Shown one piece after another: positions 43,521 through 51,922 of a DNA stretch of 64,000 nt. Where the stretch lies: positions 1,720 through 65,719 of the forward strand of contig CAKULE010000006.1 of NCBI GenBank assembly GCA_934667095.1, read 5' to 3'. Origin of the DNA: an uncultured Oscillospiraceae bacterium (lineage in GTDB: Bacteria > Bacillota > Clostridia > Oscillospirales > Oscillospiraceae). Positions within the stretch are counted from its first letter, which is position 1. Every line of letters begins with the position of its first letter. The translations under genes were made by a program, and so were the position numbers. The notes under the pieces were generated by a model. That model saw only the letters and a program-made list of their open reading frames with translations. It was not told the DNA's origin and did no database searches.

Positions 43521-44559
43521 CGGAATCCGCCGCAACCGGTTCCGCTTTGAGCTGCTGCGACAGGGCGTCCGGCTCTGTGACCTCAAGGCCCGGCAGGATG
43601 GGGAGATCACCTGCACTGCCTCGGCGGAGATCAAACGGGCGCTCTCCTGCACGGTGCAGCTGCCGGACGAGGCAGACCTGCTCAATGACCGGATTCGGGT
43701 GTCGCTGGAGCAGGACGGGGTATGGTTCCCGCTGGGGGTGTTCATCCCGACCACCGCCCCCCGGACGGTGTCCGCAGAGGGCCTTGTGACCGTCGGGATC
43801 GAGGCCTACGACTTGACCTATCAAGTATACCGAGCCAAGCTGGAGCGGCGCTCTGATGGCTACTTCCCGGCCGGAACAGCCTATACCACGGCGGTCAAGA
43901 CGATCTTGACCCGTTGCGGGATCTCCGATGTCTCCATTCCGGACAGCGGCCAGGCACTGGCCGCAGCCCGGGAGGACTGGGAGATAGGGGAGAGCTATCT
44001 GACCGTGGTCAACACCCTGCTGGAGGAGATTGGCTATACCACCCTGTGGTTCGACTCCGCCGGCGTGGCCCGGAGCGGCCCCTACCAGTCCCCGGTGCTC
44101 CGGCCTGTCCAGCACTGGTACGCTGCAGGGCCCGGCTCGGTTGTCCTCCGGGCCCACTCGGTAGAGGACGACACCTTTGACGCCTACAATGTGTTTCCGG
44201 TGTCGGTGTCCGATCTGGACAGCGGGGAGCCCATCTATGTGGTCAGCGTCAACGATGACCCGTCCAGCAAACTCTCCACAGTGGCCCGGGGCCGCCTTGT
44301 AGCTCCTGTGACCAGGCTGGACGGTGCGGCGGACGAGGCGGCGGCGCAGGCCTATGCGGACAGCCTTCGGTTGAAAAGCATGATCAGCACCGAGACGGCC
44401 AAGATCCAGACGGCCATCTGCCCGGGGCACGAGGTGCTGGATATTCTGGAGCTCGACCTCCCGGAGCTGACCGGGAAGTGGGAGGAAACGGCGTGGTCCA
44501 TCCCGCTCAGCCCGGACGGGCTGATGTCCCATACAGTGAGGAGGGCGGTCTATGTCTGA
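43513..44559 (+). CDS. tail-associated (Tal/baseplate hub-like) structural protein
   Basis: 348 aa, overlaps the Dit stop. Synteny only. Confidence 0.55.
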   Translation: MSNGIRRNRFRFELLRQGVRLCDLKARQDGEITCTASAEIKRALSCTVQLPDEADLLNDRIRVSLEQDGVWFPLGVFIPTTAPRTVSAEGLVTVGIEAYDLTYQVYRAKLERRSDGYFPAGTAYTTAVKTILTRCGISDVSIPDSGQALAAAREDWEIGESYLTVVNTLLEEIGYTTLWFDSAGVARSGPYQSPVLRPVQHWYAAGPGSVVLRAHSVEDDTFDAYNVFPVSVSDLDSGEPIYVVSVNDDPSSKLSTVARGRLVAPVTRLDGAADEAAAQAYADSLRLKSMISTETAKIQTAICPGHEVLDILELDLPELTGKWEETAWSIPLSPDGLMSHTVRRAVYV

Positions 44560-44944
44560 CATCATAGAAACCTATCAAGAGCAGCAGGCACAGGAGCCAA
44601 AGACGCCGCAGGCCCAGAGCTTTGCCACCGTGACCGCAGTCTATACCGATGGGCTGGGGCTGCGGTTCGACGGCGAGGATGAGGCCAGCCAAAAGCACTA
44701 TAAGTGCAACCAGTCATGCAAATTCGCCCCCGGGCAGCGGGTGTATATCCAGAAGGACGGCGGCACCTATGTGGTGCTGTTCCCGGTGGGGAATCCGGCC
44801 ACCTCGGTCAGTGCGGATTCTGCCTCGGCGGCCGACGTGGCAGACGGCCTCAAGAACCAGAACGGCGGCGGGACGATCTGGCTGCGTGTTTCAAGCAACA
44901 AGGTCCAGTGGCGGGTTCGCAACACGGCATGGGCCGATATCTGA
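44552..44944 (+). CDS. hypothetical tail-tip protein
   Basis: 130-aa ORF coupled to the upstream gene. Confidence 0.45.
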   Translation: MSDIIETYQEQQAQEPKTPQAQSFATVTAVYTDGLGLRFDGEDEASQKHYKCNQSCKFAPGQRVYIQKDGGTYVVLFPVGNPATSVSADSASAADVADGLKNQNGGGTIWLRVSSNKVQWRVRNTAWADI

Positions 44945-44959
44945 GGAGGAGGCGATACC

Positions 44960-45265
44960 ATGTATATCATGCAGGGTGATGCGTACAGCATCCCCGTACA
45001 CATCACCAACGACGGCGAGCTGGTGACTCCGGAAACGGCAGAAACCGTGGAAATCGCCATCGGCCCGTTGGTCAAGCAGTACCCGGTCGGCGTTTCGTTT
45101 TTGGAGGGGGACTGGCTCTTTCAGCTGACACAGCCGGAGGCGTTTGCTCTCTCGGCGGCCGGGGCGGAGTGCAAGATCCGGGTGAAGTTCAAAAATGGCG
45201 ATGTCATCGGCGTTAGCCTCGGCAAGGTAAGCATTGCGGCATCCCGGTCGAAGGCGGTGCTGTAA
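44960..45265 (+). CDS. hypothetical tail-tip protein
   Basis: 101-aa ORF with GAGGAGG RBS. Confidence 0.45.
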   Translation: MYIMQGDAYSIPVHITNDGELVTPETAETVEIAIGPLVKQYPVGVSFLEGDWLFQLTQPEAFALSAAGAECKIRVKFKNGDVIGVSLGKVSIAASRSKAVL

Positions 45266-45534
45266 TGCAGGTAGATCGAGCATGGGAAGGCGGCCGGCTG
45301 CTGGTGGAGCTCCGGTCGAGGCCGCAGCTGACGGCGGAGCTGGGCGGGAAGGTGGTCGGCACTACTGCCCCGACTTATGAAGGGGATTATATGGCGGTGT
45401 CTTCTCTCGGAGGAGAGGACAAGGTGATGGAGACGGCCAACAAGCTGATGGTGCAGGACGTGGTCGTGAAGGCAATCACCATTTCGGAGACGAGCAATCC
45501 CGCAGGCGGGACAACTATTTTGATAAAGGAGTAA
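45265..45534 (+). CDS. hypothetical tail-tip protein
   Basis: 89-aa ORF; its ATG overlaps the previous stop (TAATG). Confidence 0.45.
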   Translation: MQVDRAWEGGRLLVELRSRPQLTAELGGKVVGTTAPTYEGDYMAVSSLGGEDKVMETANKLMVQDVVVKAITISETSNPAGGTTILIKE

Positions 45535-45540
45535 TGAACG

Positions 45541-46128
45541 ATGGCAAACCAGTATATCAACAAATTTATTCTGGGCGATGAGGTCAAATTCGATCTGACC
45601 AACGACGACGTCACGCCGGAGAAGCTGGCGAAGGGTATCAAGGCCCACGACAAGTCCGGTGCGCCCATCGTGGGTACCAGTACCTTTGATGCGGATACCT
45701 CTGCCGATACCGCAGCGGCCAGTGAGGTCCTGCTGGGGAAGACGGCCCATGTGAAGGGCTCCCGGGTTGCCGGTACCATGCCCAACAACGGGGCCAAGAC
45801 TCTGGAGATCACGGACAAAACTACCCCAGTGACCATCCCTGCCGGCTACCACGACGGCTCTGGCAAGGCCAAGATTGCCGATGCGGAGGGTGCAAAGCTG
45901 ATTCCCGCCAACGTGCGCGAGGGGGTGACAATTCTCGGCGTCAAGGGCGCCATGAGCGGCAGCGAGAACATGAAGCCCCAGACCAAGTCTGTCACGCCGA
46001 CGTTTGAAGCACAGGAAGTTTTGCCGGACGAAGATTACAATTGCCTGTCTTCCGTAGCTGTGGCGGCTATCCCGGTCAACTACGTGGATAATGAGGCGGG
46101 CGGCCAGACCCTGAAGGTGGGGGCCTGA
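45541..46128 (+). CDS. tail fibre/receptor-binding candidate 1 (shares an N-terminal module with the next gene)
   Basis: 195 aa. Residues ~7-47 are 20/41 identical to the N-terminus of the 46133 gene. Confidence 0.55.
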   Translation: MANQYINKFILGDEVKFDLTNDDVTPEKLAKGIKAHDKSGAPIVGTSTFDADTSADTAAASEVLLGKTAHVKGSRVAGTMPNNGAKTLEITDKTTPVTIPAGYHDGSGKAKIADAEGAKLIPANVREGVTILGVKGAMSGSENMKPQTKSVTPTFEAQEVLPDEDYNCLSSVAVAAIPVNYVDNEAGGQTLKVGA

Positions 46129-46132
46129 GCCT

Positions 46133-47083
46133 ATGGCGGTCAATCACGTCATCATCAACGGTGAGACGTCGCTTGACCTGCGGGCGGACACCGTAACGCC
46201 TGATGTCTTAGGTGCTGGCATTACTGCGCATGATGCGGCAGGAAGAGTGATTGTAGGAACCGGTGCCGTGGAGAGCGCCATCATATCCCGGACGATTGCC
46301 GGAAATTACAGAAACCCTGCGGTCGCCAAGATAGGATCTTACGCCTTTAAGGGCTGTCAGACGCTTGCAGAGGTCGATTTCCCGCAGGCGGCTGCGGTGG
46401 AAGCCTATGCCTTTGAAGGCTGTGCCGCTTTGGAGCGTGTCGATTTAGATTCAGCGGTCACGATTGGATCTTATGCGTTTCGGGGCTGCGCCGCATTGGC
46501 GGAACTCAATATTCCTGCGGCGGGTACGGTTGCCTCTTGTGCATTTCAGAATTGTGCCGCGCTGACAGAAGTGAATATTTCCGCAGCAGAGCAGGTGGAT
46601 GCCTATGCCTTCAAAAACTGCTCTTCACTGGAGTATGTCAATTTGGACTCGGTGCTCAGGATTGGGGCGTATGCATTTCAGAACTGCATTTCTCTGATAT
46701 CGATGAACCTTCCCGCAGCGGAACAGATCAGCGTCGATGCCTTCTATGGCTGCTCCTCGCTGGCCAGGATCGACCTGAACGCCGCGCAGGCTATTGACGA
46801 CGGAGCTTTTGATGGCTGCTCGATTAAGACGCTGGTTCTTTGGGGCCCGTTGGTGTGTTCCCTCAACCAGAACGACTTGAGCGATGCGGTCATTTACGTC
46901 CCGCTGGCTTTGCTGGAGCAGTACAAAGCAGCATCGGGCTGGGCCGACTATGCGCTGCGGATCAATCCTATCGAGTGCGCCACGTGGGAGAAGCTGGAGC
47001 CCGTTTATGATTCGTGGGCAAGCGCGGCAAGCAAGACGTGGGCGGAACTCAGAGCCCAGATGCCTGCGGTAGAGCCGCTCTGA
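46133..47083 (+). CDS. BspA-type leucine-rich-repeat protein, tail fibre/receptor-binding candidate 2
   Basis: Eight or more ~23-aa repeats of the form IGSYAFxGCxxLxxVxLxxA. The N-terminal 45 aa are paralogous to the previous gene. Confidence 0.7.
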   Translation: MAVNHVIINGETSLDLRADTVTPDVLGAGITAHDAAGRVIVGTGAVESAIISRTIAGNYRNPAVAKIGSYAFKGCQTLAEVDFPQAAAVEAYAFEGCAALERVDLDSAVTIGSYAFRGCAALAELNIPAAGTVASCAFQNCAALTEVNISAAEQVDAYAFKNCSSLEYVNLDSVLRIGAYAFQNCISLISMNLPAAEQISVDAFYGCSSLARIDLNAAQAIDDGAFDGCSIKTLVLWGPLVCSLNQNDLSDAVIYVPLALLEQYKAASGWADYALRINPIECATWEKLEPVYDSWASAASKTWAELRAQMPAVEPL

Positions 47084-47119
47084 TTCTATGGCAAGCACAA
47101 ATCTATGGAGGAATGAAAT

Positions 47120-47575
47120 GTGAAGCAGACCGAAAATTATCAACTCAGTCTGATCGAAAACAGCGATGTCTTCTCCCCGGACCCGCTCAACGACAATGCC
47201 CGCACGATTGATGGCCTGCTGGCCGAGCTGGCCGGCACGGCCGTGCGCACCGCCGTGGGCAGCTACACCGGTACCGGCGGCTCAGGCGTCAACAGCCCCT
47301 GCGTCCTGACACTGGGATTTCAGCCTAAGTTTTTAATAGTGATGGGCGAAGGCTACTCCTGTGACTTCGTGAACGGCTGCGCCAAGGGCTACGGTGCCAA
47401 GCACGGTGCCCCCGGCCTCGTCAACGTGGAGCAGACTGTGACGTGGACGGAGGACGGCCTGTCGTGGTATGTGGCGGGGGCGCACACCACCTCCGGCAGC
47501 TACGACATCAATGGCGGAGCGGTTTATCAGCTCAATCTCAGCGCCAGAACGTACTTCTATTTTGCCATCGGCTGA
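47120..47575 (+). CDS. phage tail-fibre-like protein
   Basis: GTG start after GGAGG. N-terminal ENYQLSLIENSDVFSPDPLNDNARTID resembles the conserved start of several Firmicutes phage fibre proteins. Confidence 0.5.
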   Translation: MKQTENYQLSLIENSDVFSPDPLNDNARTIDGLLAELAGTAVRTAVGSYTGTGGSGVNSPCVLTLGFQPKFLIVMGEGYSCDFVNGCAKGYGAKHGAPGLVNVEQTVTWTEDGLSWYVAGAHTTSGSYDINGGAVYQLNLSARTYFYFAIG

Positions 47576-47594
47576 CCGAAGAGGAGGGATAAAG

Positions 47595-47942
47595 ATGCGT
47601 ATCATTCAAATTGAGCCGCTCCCCAACGGAGCGCACCGGAACCAGACTACCAGCGCAAAGGCCCCGCCTGACGGCTGGGCGGTCATCCCGCCTGAACTGA
47701 CTATTCCAAGCACTTTCCCCTTTGTGGACATTGAGGTGGAGGCCGGCGTGGTGGTGTCCATGACCGCCGGGGTGGTCCCCGAGCCGGACCCCGAGCCGGA
47801 CCCCGAGCCCACGGTGGACGAACGAGTAACGGCGCTGGAAGCCGAAAACAAGCTCCTGAAGGAACAGGTCAAAATGCAATCTCAACAGCAGACCTTTTTA
47901 GAGGATTGCCTGCTTGAGATCGGCGATGTGGTGTATGCGTGA
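47595..47942 (+). CDS. hypothetical phage protein with PEPD repeat and C-terminal coiled coil
   Basis: RBS GAGGAGGG, ATG 47595. PEPDPEPDPEPT linker followed by VTALEAENKLLKEQVKMQ. Confidence 0.5.
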   Translation: MRIIQIEPLPNGAHRNQTTSAKAPPDGWAVIPPELTIPSTFPFVDIEVEAGVVVSMTAGVVPEPDPEPDPEPTVDERVTALEAENKLLKEQVKMQSQQQTFLEDCLLEIGDVVYA

Positions 47943-47997
47943 CCTTATCGCCGGACTGGCGTTAAGAGTATACATTTTATGCAAAGGAGAAAATGAA

Positions 47998-48177
47998 ATG
48001 ATGGCTATGTTGTATGCAATCAAGATCGTAATGGAGGCGATCAACCCCAAGACCAAGAAGGCGTGGGAATTTGTGGACGTCCCCCCAAAACTGAAGCAGC
48101 AGGTGGCGGACATCCTGATCAACGAGTGCGGCCTGCCCGCGCTTGTCCCCGTTGAGTACGGCGGCACGAAGGAGTAA
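47998..48177 (+). CDS. small phage protein (CD1375-like)
   Basis: RBS AAAGGAG, ATG 47998. MMAMLYAIKIVMEAINPKTKKAWEFVDVPPKLKQQVADIL resembles small proteins found upstream of clostridial phage lysis genes (from memory). Confidence 0.45.
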   Translation: MMAMLYAIKIVMEAINPKTKKAWEFVDVPPKLKQQVADILINECGLPALVPVEYGGTKE

Positions 48178-48244
48178 CCAAAAGCGGCCCCCGTCATGGG
48201 GGCCGCCATCAAACCGGTGCTTGCCACCGAGAAAGTAGGTACAC

Positions 48245-48544
48245 ATGGAAGATGTTGTGAACATCGAGCACCGGCTGACCGAGGTAGACCAACGGAGCAA
48301 AAGCAACACCCATCGGCTGGACGACCTGGAAAAGCGGGTGGATGAGAACGATAAACTGGTAAATGCCGTGTGCGGGCTCCAGAAAGATATGGAGTATACC
48401 AAATCCGACGTTTCGGAGATCAAGGAAGATGTGAAAACCCTGACCGACAAGCCTGCCAAGCGCTGGGACGGCGTGGTGGAGAAGATCATCCTTGTGGTGG
48501 TCGCCGCCGTGGTGGCCTTTCTGCTGGCGAAGGTCGGGCTGTGA
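48245..48544 (+). CDS. XhlA-like lysis-associated membrane protein
   Basis: 99 aa. Coiled-coil N-terminus and a single C-terminal TM IILVVVAAVVAFLLAKVGL. Confidence 0.7.
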   Translation: MEDVVNIEHRLTEVDQRSKSNTHRLDDLEKRVDENDKLVNAVCGLQKDMEYTKSDVSEIKEDVKTLTDKPAKRWDGVVEKIILVVVAAVVAFLLAKVGL

Positions 48545-48558
48545 GAAAGGAGCACAAA

Positions 48559-48825
48559 ATGGAAAAGCAGAAAACTACCATTGGGGAGAACGCCCGGAAC
48601 CTTCTGACCGTCAAAAGCCTTGTGACGCTGGCTCTGACTCTGGTGTTTGCGTACATGGCGGCACGAGGAGAGATCAACCGTGATTTCATGACCATCTACG
48701 CGGTCATCATTTCCTTCTATTTCGGCACGCAGAAGGGCAAGAGCGATTCCACGGCCACCGCTACGGCTACGGCCACATCCGGAGACACCGCCGCCACCGA
48801 GGAGGCGGACACCGATGCCGTTTAA
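48559..48825 (+). CDS. holin
   Basis: ATG 48559 after GAAAGGAG. 88 aa with two hydrophobic helices (SLVTLALTLVFAYMAA, TIYAVIISFYFG) and a charged low-complexity tail. Overlaps the endolysin start. Confidence 0.7.
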   Translation: MEKQKTTIGENARNLLTVKSLVTLALTLVFAYMAARGEINRDFMTIYAVIISFYFGTQKGKSDSTATATATATSGDTAATEEADTDAV

Positions 48826-49525
48826 GATCGCTTACGGTGCCGGGCACCGGCTGGTGACGGCGGGGAAGGAGTTCCCCAAAGAGACCGACCCCAACCAGAC
48901 GAAGGAATGGACGGTCAATGACAGGGTGGCCCGGTATTTCGCCGAGGCCGCCGCCCAGTACGAGGGCGTGGAACTGCTGCGGGTGGATGATCCCGAGGGC
49001 ATGGCCCCAATCTCCGTGGAGGAGCGCAATAAGGCAGCCAACCAGTGGGGCGCGGACTTCTGCCTGTCCATCCACCACAACAGCGCCGGGAAGGTGTTCT
49101 CTGGCGGCGGCGTGGTGGCCTACGTCGGCCCCGGCGTGGACAGCAAGACCAAGCAGTATCAGCGGGCCCTCTACGACGCCGTCATTGCCGCCACCGGCCT
49201 GAAGGGCAACCGGGCGACCCCCCTCGCCACGGCCAACCTCCTTATGTGCAACGGCACCATTGCCCCGGCGGTGCTCATGGAGCTGGGCTTTATGGACAGC
49301 ACCGTGGACGCCCCCATCATCCTGACCGACGCCTTTTCCAAGTCTGCCGGGTACGCCCTCATGGATGGCATCGCCTCCGTGGCGGGCCTGACCAAGAAGA
49401 AGGAGCAGGAGATCCTTTACCGGGTGCAGGTTGGAGCCTACCACAACAAGGCCAACGCCGAGGCCATGAAAGCCGACCTGGAAAGCAAGGGCTATCAGGC
49501 TATGATCGTCACTCTGGAGATCTAA
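48815..49525 (+). CDS. endolysin: N-acetylmuramoyl-L-alanine amidase (Amidase_3) + C-terminal SPOR domain
   Basis: GAGH...ADFCLSIHHNS...MELGFMDS amidase_3 blocks. C-terminal YRVQVGAYHNKANAEAMKADLESKGYQAMI is a SPOR repeat. Confidence 0.9.
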   Translation: MPFKIAYGAGHRLVTAGKEFPKETDPNQTKEWTVNDRVARYFAEAAAQYEGVELLRVDDPEGMAPISVEERNKAANQWGADFCLSIHHNSAGKVFSGGGVVAYVGPGVDSKTKQYQRALYDAVIAATGLKGNRATPLATANLLMCNGTIAPAVLMELGFMDSTVDAPIILTDAFSKSAGYALMDGIASVAGLTKKKEQEILYRVQVGAYHNKANAEAMKADLESKGYQAMIVTLEI

Positions 49526-49589
49526 AGAGCATGGATAACACAGCAAATTCACAGATTGCAAAGAAACGTGATGCCTATGCAGTCTTTAC

Positions 49590-49618
49590 AGGGTTCAAAT
49601 CCCTCCTTCCGCGCCAAA
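49590..49618 (+). repeat. attR core (orphan 3' end of tRNA-Ser(GCU))
   Basis: Identical 29-mer to 17388-17416. No upstream tRNA body. Confidence 0.85.
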
Positions 49619-49660
49619 AGCACCGGAAATGCTTAAAAACAAGCGTTTCCGGTGCTTTTC
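49619..49660 (+). terminator. hairpin terminator, probably the original tRNA-Ser terminator displaced by the prophage
   Basis: AGCACCGGAAA-(16-nt loop)-TTTCCGGTGCT followed by TTTC. Confidence 0.55.
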
Positions 49661-49664
49661 CTTA

Positions 49665-50108
49665 TAATGCCGGACCGGAACCTGCAGCTTCTGGTCCAGC
49701 GGGAGAAGCCAGAGGAGCGATATGTTCTGGCGGATGAGGTGCGGATCAGAGAGTTCCTGATCAATATCCTCAGCAACGCCGTAAAGTTCACCCATGATGG
49801 CGGCACCATTGGGGTGGAGAGCATCAAGGGCAAGGGTACGACCTTTACCGTGAAGCTGCCGCTGGAGCTGGCTGGGCCCCATCGAACGGAAAGCGCCGGT
49901 CCAGCCGCCGGTTCAGGTAAACCTGACGGATCTGCACATCCTGATGGCAGAGGACAACGACCTGAACGCCGAGATCGCCACTGTTCTGGAGGATGTGCAG
50001 GCCGCACTGGCTGCCGGTATGAACGCCCGCTAGGCGAAGCCAATCGGGATCGATACGGTCTCCCGGGTGATCGAGGAAAACATCGAGCAGGAGGAACGGA
50101 ACCAGTAA
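49665..50108 (+). pseudogene. remnant of a hybrid sensor histidine kinase/response regulator (multiple internal deletions/frameshifts)
   Basis: Frame 1: DEVRIREFLINILSNAVKFTHDGGTIGVESIKGKGTTFTVKLPLEL (N-box fused directly to the end of the ATPase domain). Another frame: LHILMAEDNDLNAEIA (receiver start) jumping to AALAAGMNAR, then LAKPIGIDTV...EERNQ stop at 50106-08. Confidence 0.6.
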
Positions 50109-50131
50109 CGCCGCCGCGCGGCGAAAGAGAA

Positions 50132-50170
50132 AGAGCCGCACCCTTCGGGGTGCGGCTCTTTTGCGTTTTC
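50132..50170. terminator. bidirectional terminator between the kinase remnant and fhs
   Basis: AGAGCCGCACCC-TTCG-GGGTGCGGCTCT with T-runs on both strands. Confidence 0.7.
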
Positions 50171-50210
50171 TGTTTTCAGTAGCCGGGAAGGGCAGGGCCA
50201 CGTGCATGGC

Positions 50211-51908
50211 TCAGAACAGCCCGCTGATCTTGCCGTTTTCGTCCACGTCGATCTTCTCGGCGGCGGGGACCTTGGGGAGACCGGGCATGGTCATGATGTC
50301 GCCGGTGAGGGCAACAATAAATCCGGCACCGGCGCTGACCTTCAGATTCCGCACGGTAACGGTGAAGCCCTCGGGCGCACCCAGCAGAGTGGGATCGTCG
50401 GACAGGGAATACTGGGTCTTTGCCATGCACACCGGCAGATCGCCAAAGCCCAGCTCGAAGAGCTGCTTGGCCTGCTTCTGGGCGGCGGGGGTCAGGACGG
50501 CCTGTGCACCGCCGTAGACCCGGCCCACAATGGCGTTGAGCTTATAGATGAGGGAGGTGTTGTCGGGATAGGCGAAGGTGAATTCCTCCGGACTGGGCTG
50601 CTCCGGGCAGGACTCCTCGCACAGGCGCACCACCTCGGCGGCCAGCGCCTTGCCGCCCTCGCCGCCCTTGGCCCACACCTCAGACAACACGGCGTTGACG
50701 CCCAGTTCCCGGCACTTGTCCTCCACCAGATTGAGCTCGGCAGTGGTGTCCGTGGGGAAGGCGTTGACGGCCACCACGCAGGGCAGGTGGAAGGTGTTCC
50801 GGATGGTATCCACGTGGTGGAGCAGGTTGGGCAGGCCCTTTTCCAGCGCCTTGAGGTTTTCCACGTTCAGGTCGGCCTTGGCCACGCCGCCGTGGCTCTT
50901 GAGCGCGCGGACGGTGGCCACCACGACCACGGCGCTGGGGGTGAGCCCCGCCAGCCGGCACTTGATGTCCAGGAATTTCTCCGCGCCGAGGTCCGCGCCG
51001 AAGCCCGCCTCGGTGACGGCATAGTCCCCCAGCTTGAGGGCCATGCGGGTAGCGGTGACGGAGTTGCAGCCGTGGGCGATGTTGGCGAAGGGGCCGCCGT
51101 GGACGAAGACAGGGGAGCCCTCCAGTGTCTGAACCAGATTGGGCTTCAGCGCGTCCTTCAGCAGGGCGGTCATGGCGCCCTCAGCCTTCAGGTCATGGGC
51201 GGTGACGGGCTTGCCGTCGTAAGTGTAGGCCACGATGATGCGGCCCAGCCGGGCCTTCAGGTCCGGGATGTCGCTGGCAAGGCAGAGCACTGCCATGACC
51301 TCGCTGGCCACGGTGATGTCGAAGCCGTCCTCCCGGGGAACGCCCTGCATCCGGCCGCCCAGACCGTCCACGATGTTGCGCAGCTGGCGGTCGTTCATGT
51401 CCACGCAGCGCTTCCAGGTGATCTGCTTCACGTCGATGCCGAGGGCATTGCCCTGCTGAATGTGGTTGTCCAGCATGGCGGCCAGCAGGTTGTTGGCCGC
51501 CCCGATGGCGTGAAAATCGCCGGTGAAGTGGAGGTTGATGTCCTCCATGGGCACCACCTGCGCCCAGCCGCCGCCGGCGGCGCCGCCCTTCACGCCGAAC
51601 ACAGGGCCCAGAGAGGGCTCACGCAGGGCAGCCACGGCGTTTTTGCCCAGCTTCCGCAGGCCGTCGGTAAGGCCCACGGTAGTGGTGGTCTTGCCCTCGC
51701 CGGCGGGGGTGGGGTTGATGGCGGTGACGAGGACCAGCTTGCCATCGGGCTTATCAGCCAAATCCTTCAGCAGGCGGTAGTCCACCTTCGCCTTGTAGCT
51801 GCCGTACTGCTCCAGATAGCGCTCGTCCACGCTGGCAGTTCGGGCAATCTCAGTGATCTTCTTCATTTCGCATGCCTGAGCGATCTCAATGTCGGATAGA
51901 TAGGCCAT
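50211..51908 (-). CDS. fhs: formate--tetrahydrofolate ligase
   Basis: 565 aa. [11 protein letters not shown]..., P-loop [14 protein letters not shown]. Full-length match to the FTHFS family by eye. Confidence 0.95.
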   Translation of the reverse strand: MAYLSDIEIAQACEMKKITEIARTASVDERYLEQYGSYKAKVDYRLLKDLADKPDGKLVLVTAINPTPAGEGKTTTTVGLTDGLRKLGKNAVAALREPSLGPVFGVKGGAAGGGWAQVVPMEDINLHFTGDFHAIGAANNLLAAMLDNHIQQGNALGIDVKQITWKRCVDMNDRQLRNIVDGLGGRMQGVPREDGFDITVASEVMAVLCLASDIPDLKARLGRIIVAYTYDGKPVTAHDLKAEGAMTALLKDALKPNLVQTLEGSPVFVHGGPFANIAHGCNSVTATRMALKLGDYAVTEAGFGADLGAEKFLDIKCRLAGLTPSAVVVVATVRALKSHGGVAKADLNVENLKALEKGLPNLLHHVDTIRNTFHLPCVVAVNAFPTDTTAELNLVEDKCRELGVNAVLSEVWAKGGEGGKALAAEVVRLCEESCPEQPSPEEFTFAYPDNTSLIYKLNAIVGRVYGGAQAVLTPAAQKQAKQLFELGFGDLPVCMAKTQYSLSDDPTLLGAPEGFTVTVRNLKVSAGAGFIVALTGDIMTMPGLPKVPAAEKIDVDENGKISGLF

Positions 51909-51922
51909 GGGCGGGTCCTCCT

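Larger units (their letters stand above)
17388..49618. mobile_element. integrated siphovirus-type prophage (~32.2 kb) in tRNA-Ser(GCU)
   Basis: 29-bp att repeats. Integrase next to attL and lysis cassette next to attR. Full lysogeny, replication, packaging, head, tail and lysis modules lie between them. Confidence 0.85.

Noticed and set aside
45541-47575. Diversity-generating retroelement acting on the tail-fibre/LRR genes
   Set aside because: No reverse transcriptase ORF and no template/variable repeat pair was seen anywhere in the prophage.
47772-47810. 12-bp tandem repeat (CCCGAGCCGGAC x3) as a possible phase-variable or VNTR site
   Set aside because: It is in-frame, encodes a PEPD linker and has only three units. 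It is most simply a flexible linker.
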